From: Eledone cirrhosa
Taxonomy: Eukaryota
Reading direction: 5' to 3'
Assembly (NCBI GenBank): GCA_964016885.1
Contig: OZ024744.1
Span: forward strand, 55,242,001-55,306,000
DNA: 64,000 bases
Each line of letters opens with the position of its first letter. Positions within the stretch are counted from its first letter, which is position 1. The notes below the pieces were generated by a model that worked only from the letters and a program-made list of their open reading frames with translations, ran no database searches and was not told the DNA's origin. Of this stretch, positions 63,086 through 64,000 are shown piece after piece. The position numbers and the translations under genes are program-made.

Positions 63086-63643
63086 TCATCATCATCATCT
63101 TCATTTAATGTCCATTTTCCACGCTAGCATGGGTTAGACGGGAGTTGTCCCACTTGAGGCAAGGTTGGTCGGGTGACCGTGTCTCGCACATATAGGACTA
63201 TCTGGCAGGTTTTCTATGGCTGGATGCCCTTCCTAACACCAACCACATTTACAGTGTGGAACTGGGAACTTTTTACCGTGTTACCTACACGGCCATATTA
63301 CAGCGTGGACTTTTTTTTTTGTTGTGACACCTACACGATCTTGATCTTGATCTCATTTATTTGGACTGGATGTTGTGGTACCAACTTTACAGAGAGAGGG
63401 TGGTGTTGGTGGGAGTGGGAGGATAGGGTAGGGGTAGTGGATTGGGGTGTATATTTGGTTAAGAGGTGCCTACTGACTGTAGGTTTTGCTTTGTACTTAG
63501 GCAAGGCGGGTCTTCTGTACTACTGCGTAGCGCCAAAGATCTCGGTCCAGTGACATTGTCTTAGAGAGGTGCAAGTGTTTAAGGTCGGGATTTATCAGAT
63601 CGTCCCAGGTTTTCCTGGGTCTACCTACTCCGTAACTACCATC
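63086..63643 (-). mobile_element. RTE 3' end, inverted relative to 61684-62204
   Basis: Reverse complement closely matches 61684-62204, with one extra internal segment. Confidence 0.92.
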
Positions 63644-64000
63644 TGTTTATGTATATGAATACATGGCTGACTGAATATATGTGTATGTATGTATATGTTT
63701 ATGTATATGAATATATGGCTGACTGAATATATGTGTGTGTATATGTTTATGTATATGAATATATGGCTGACTGAATATATGTGTGTGTATATGTTTATGT
63801 ATATGAATACATGGCTGACTGAATATATGTGTGTGTATATGTTTATGTATATGAATATATGGCTGACTGAATATATGTGTGTGTATATGTTTATGTATAT
63901 GAATACATGGCTGACTGAATATATGTGTGTGTATATGTTTATGTATATGAATATATGGCTGACTGAATATATGTGTGTGTATATGTTTATGTATATGAAT

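Larger units (their letters stand above)
62505..64000. repeat. About 48-bp microsatellite-derived minisatellite, interrupted by the hAT MITE and RTE; runs off the window
   Basis: Unit GTTTATGTATATGAATAYATGGCTGACTGAATATATGTGTGTGTATAT, homogeneous from 63645, degenerate at 62505-63085. Confidence 0.92.

Overview
AT-rich, repeat-dense eukaryotic DNA. The SINE/LINE and microsatellite content suggests a coleoid cephalopod, probably octopus (inference, not verified). Two genes lie head-to-head. CLPTM1 is on the minus strand, with coding exons 1-7 traced by hand from 48084 down to 219; all junctions are GT-AG and phase-compatible, and the gene continues off the left edge. MEN1 (menin) is on the plus strand, with its first coding exon at 48370-48784; the next exon was not found in the window. 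The start codons are only 285 bp apart. The introns are filled with decayed RTE-clade LINEs (at least two families), a near full-length CR1-group LINE, an RTE-X fragment, a mariner remnant, tRNA-derived SINEs, a non-autonomous Helitron, piggyBac/hAT/Tc1-type MITEs, minisatellites and (TA)n/(CA)n tracts. Most computed ORFs are spurious or TE fragments. The best unannotated signal is a complete type I hammerhead ribozyme fold on the minus strand at 50037-50117, inside a short module bracketed by (TA)n tracts in the MEN1 intron. Also notable are a 61-bp-arm foldback carrying tRNA T-arm/B-box sequence on both strands (30933-31161), a homogeneous 48-bp array in an RTE 3' UTR, and a recurrent chimeric RTE tail. 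TE boundaries are approximate unless a TSD or TIR is quoted.
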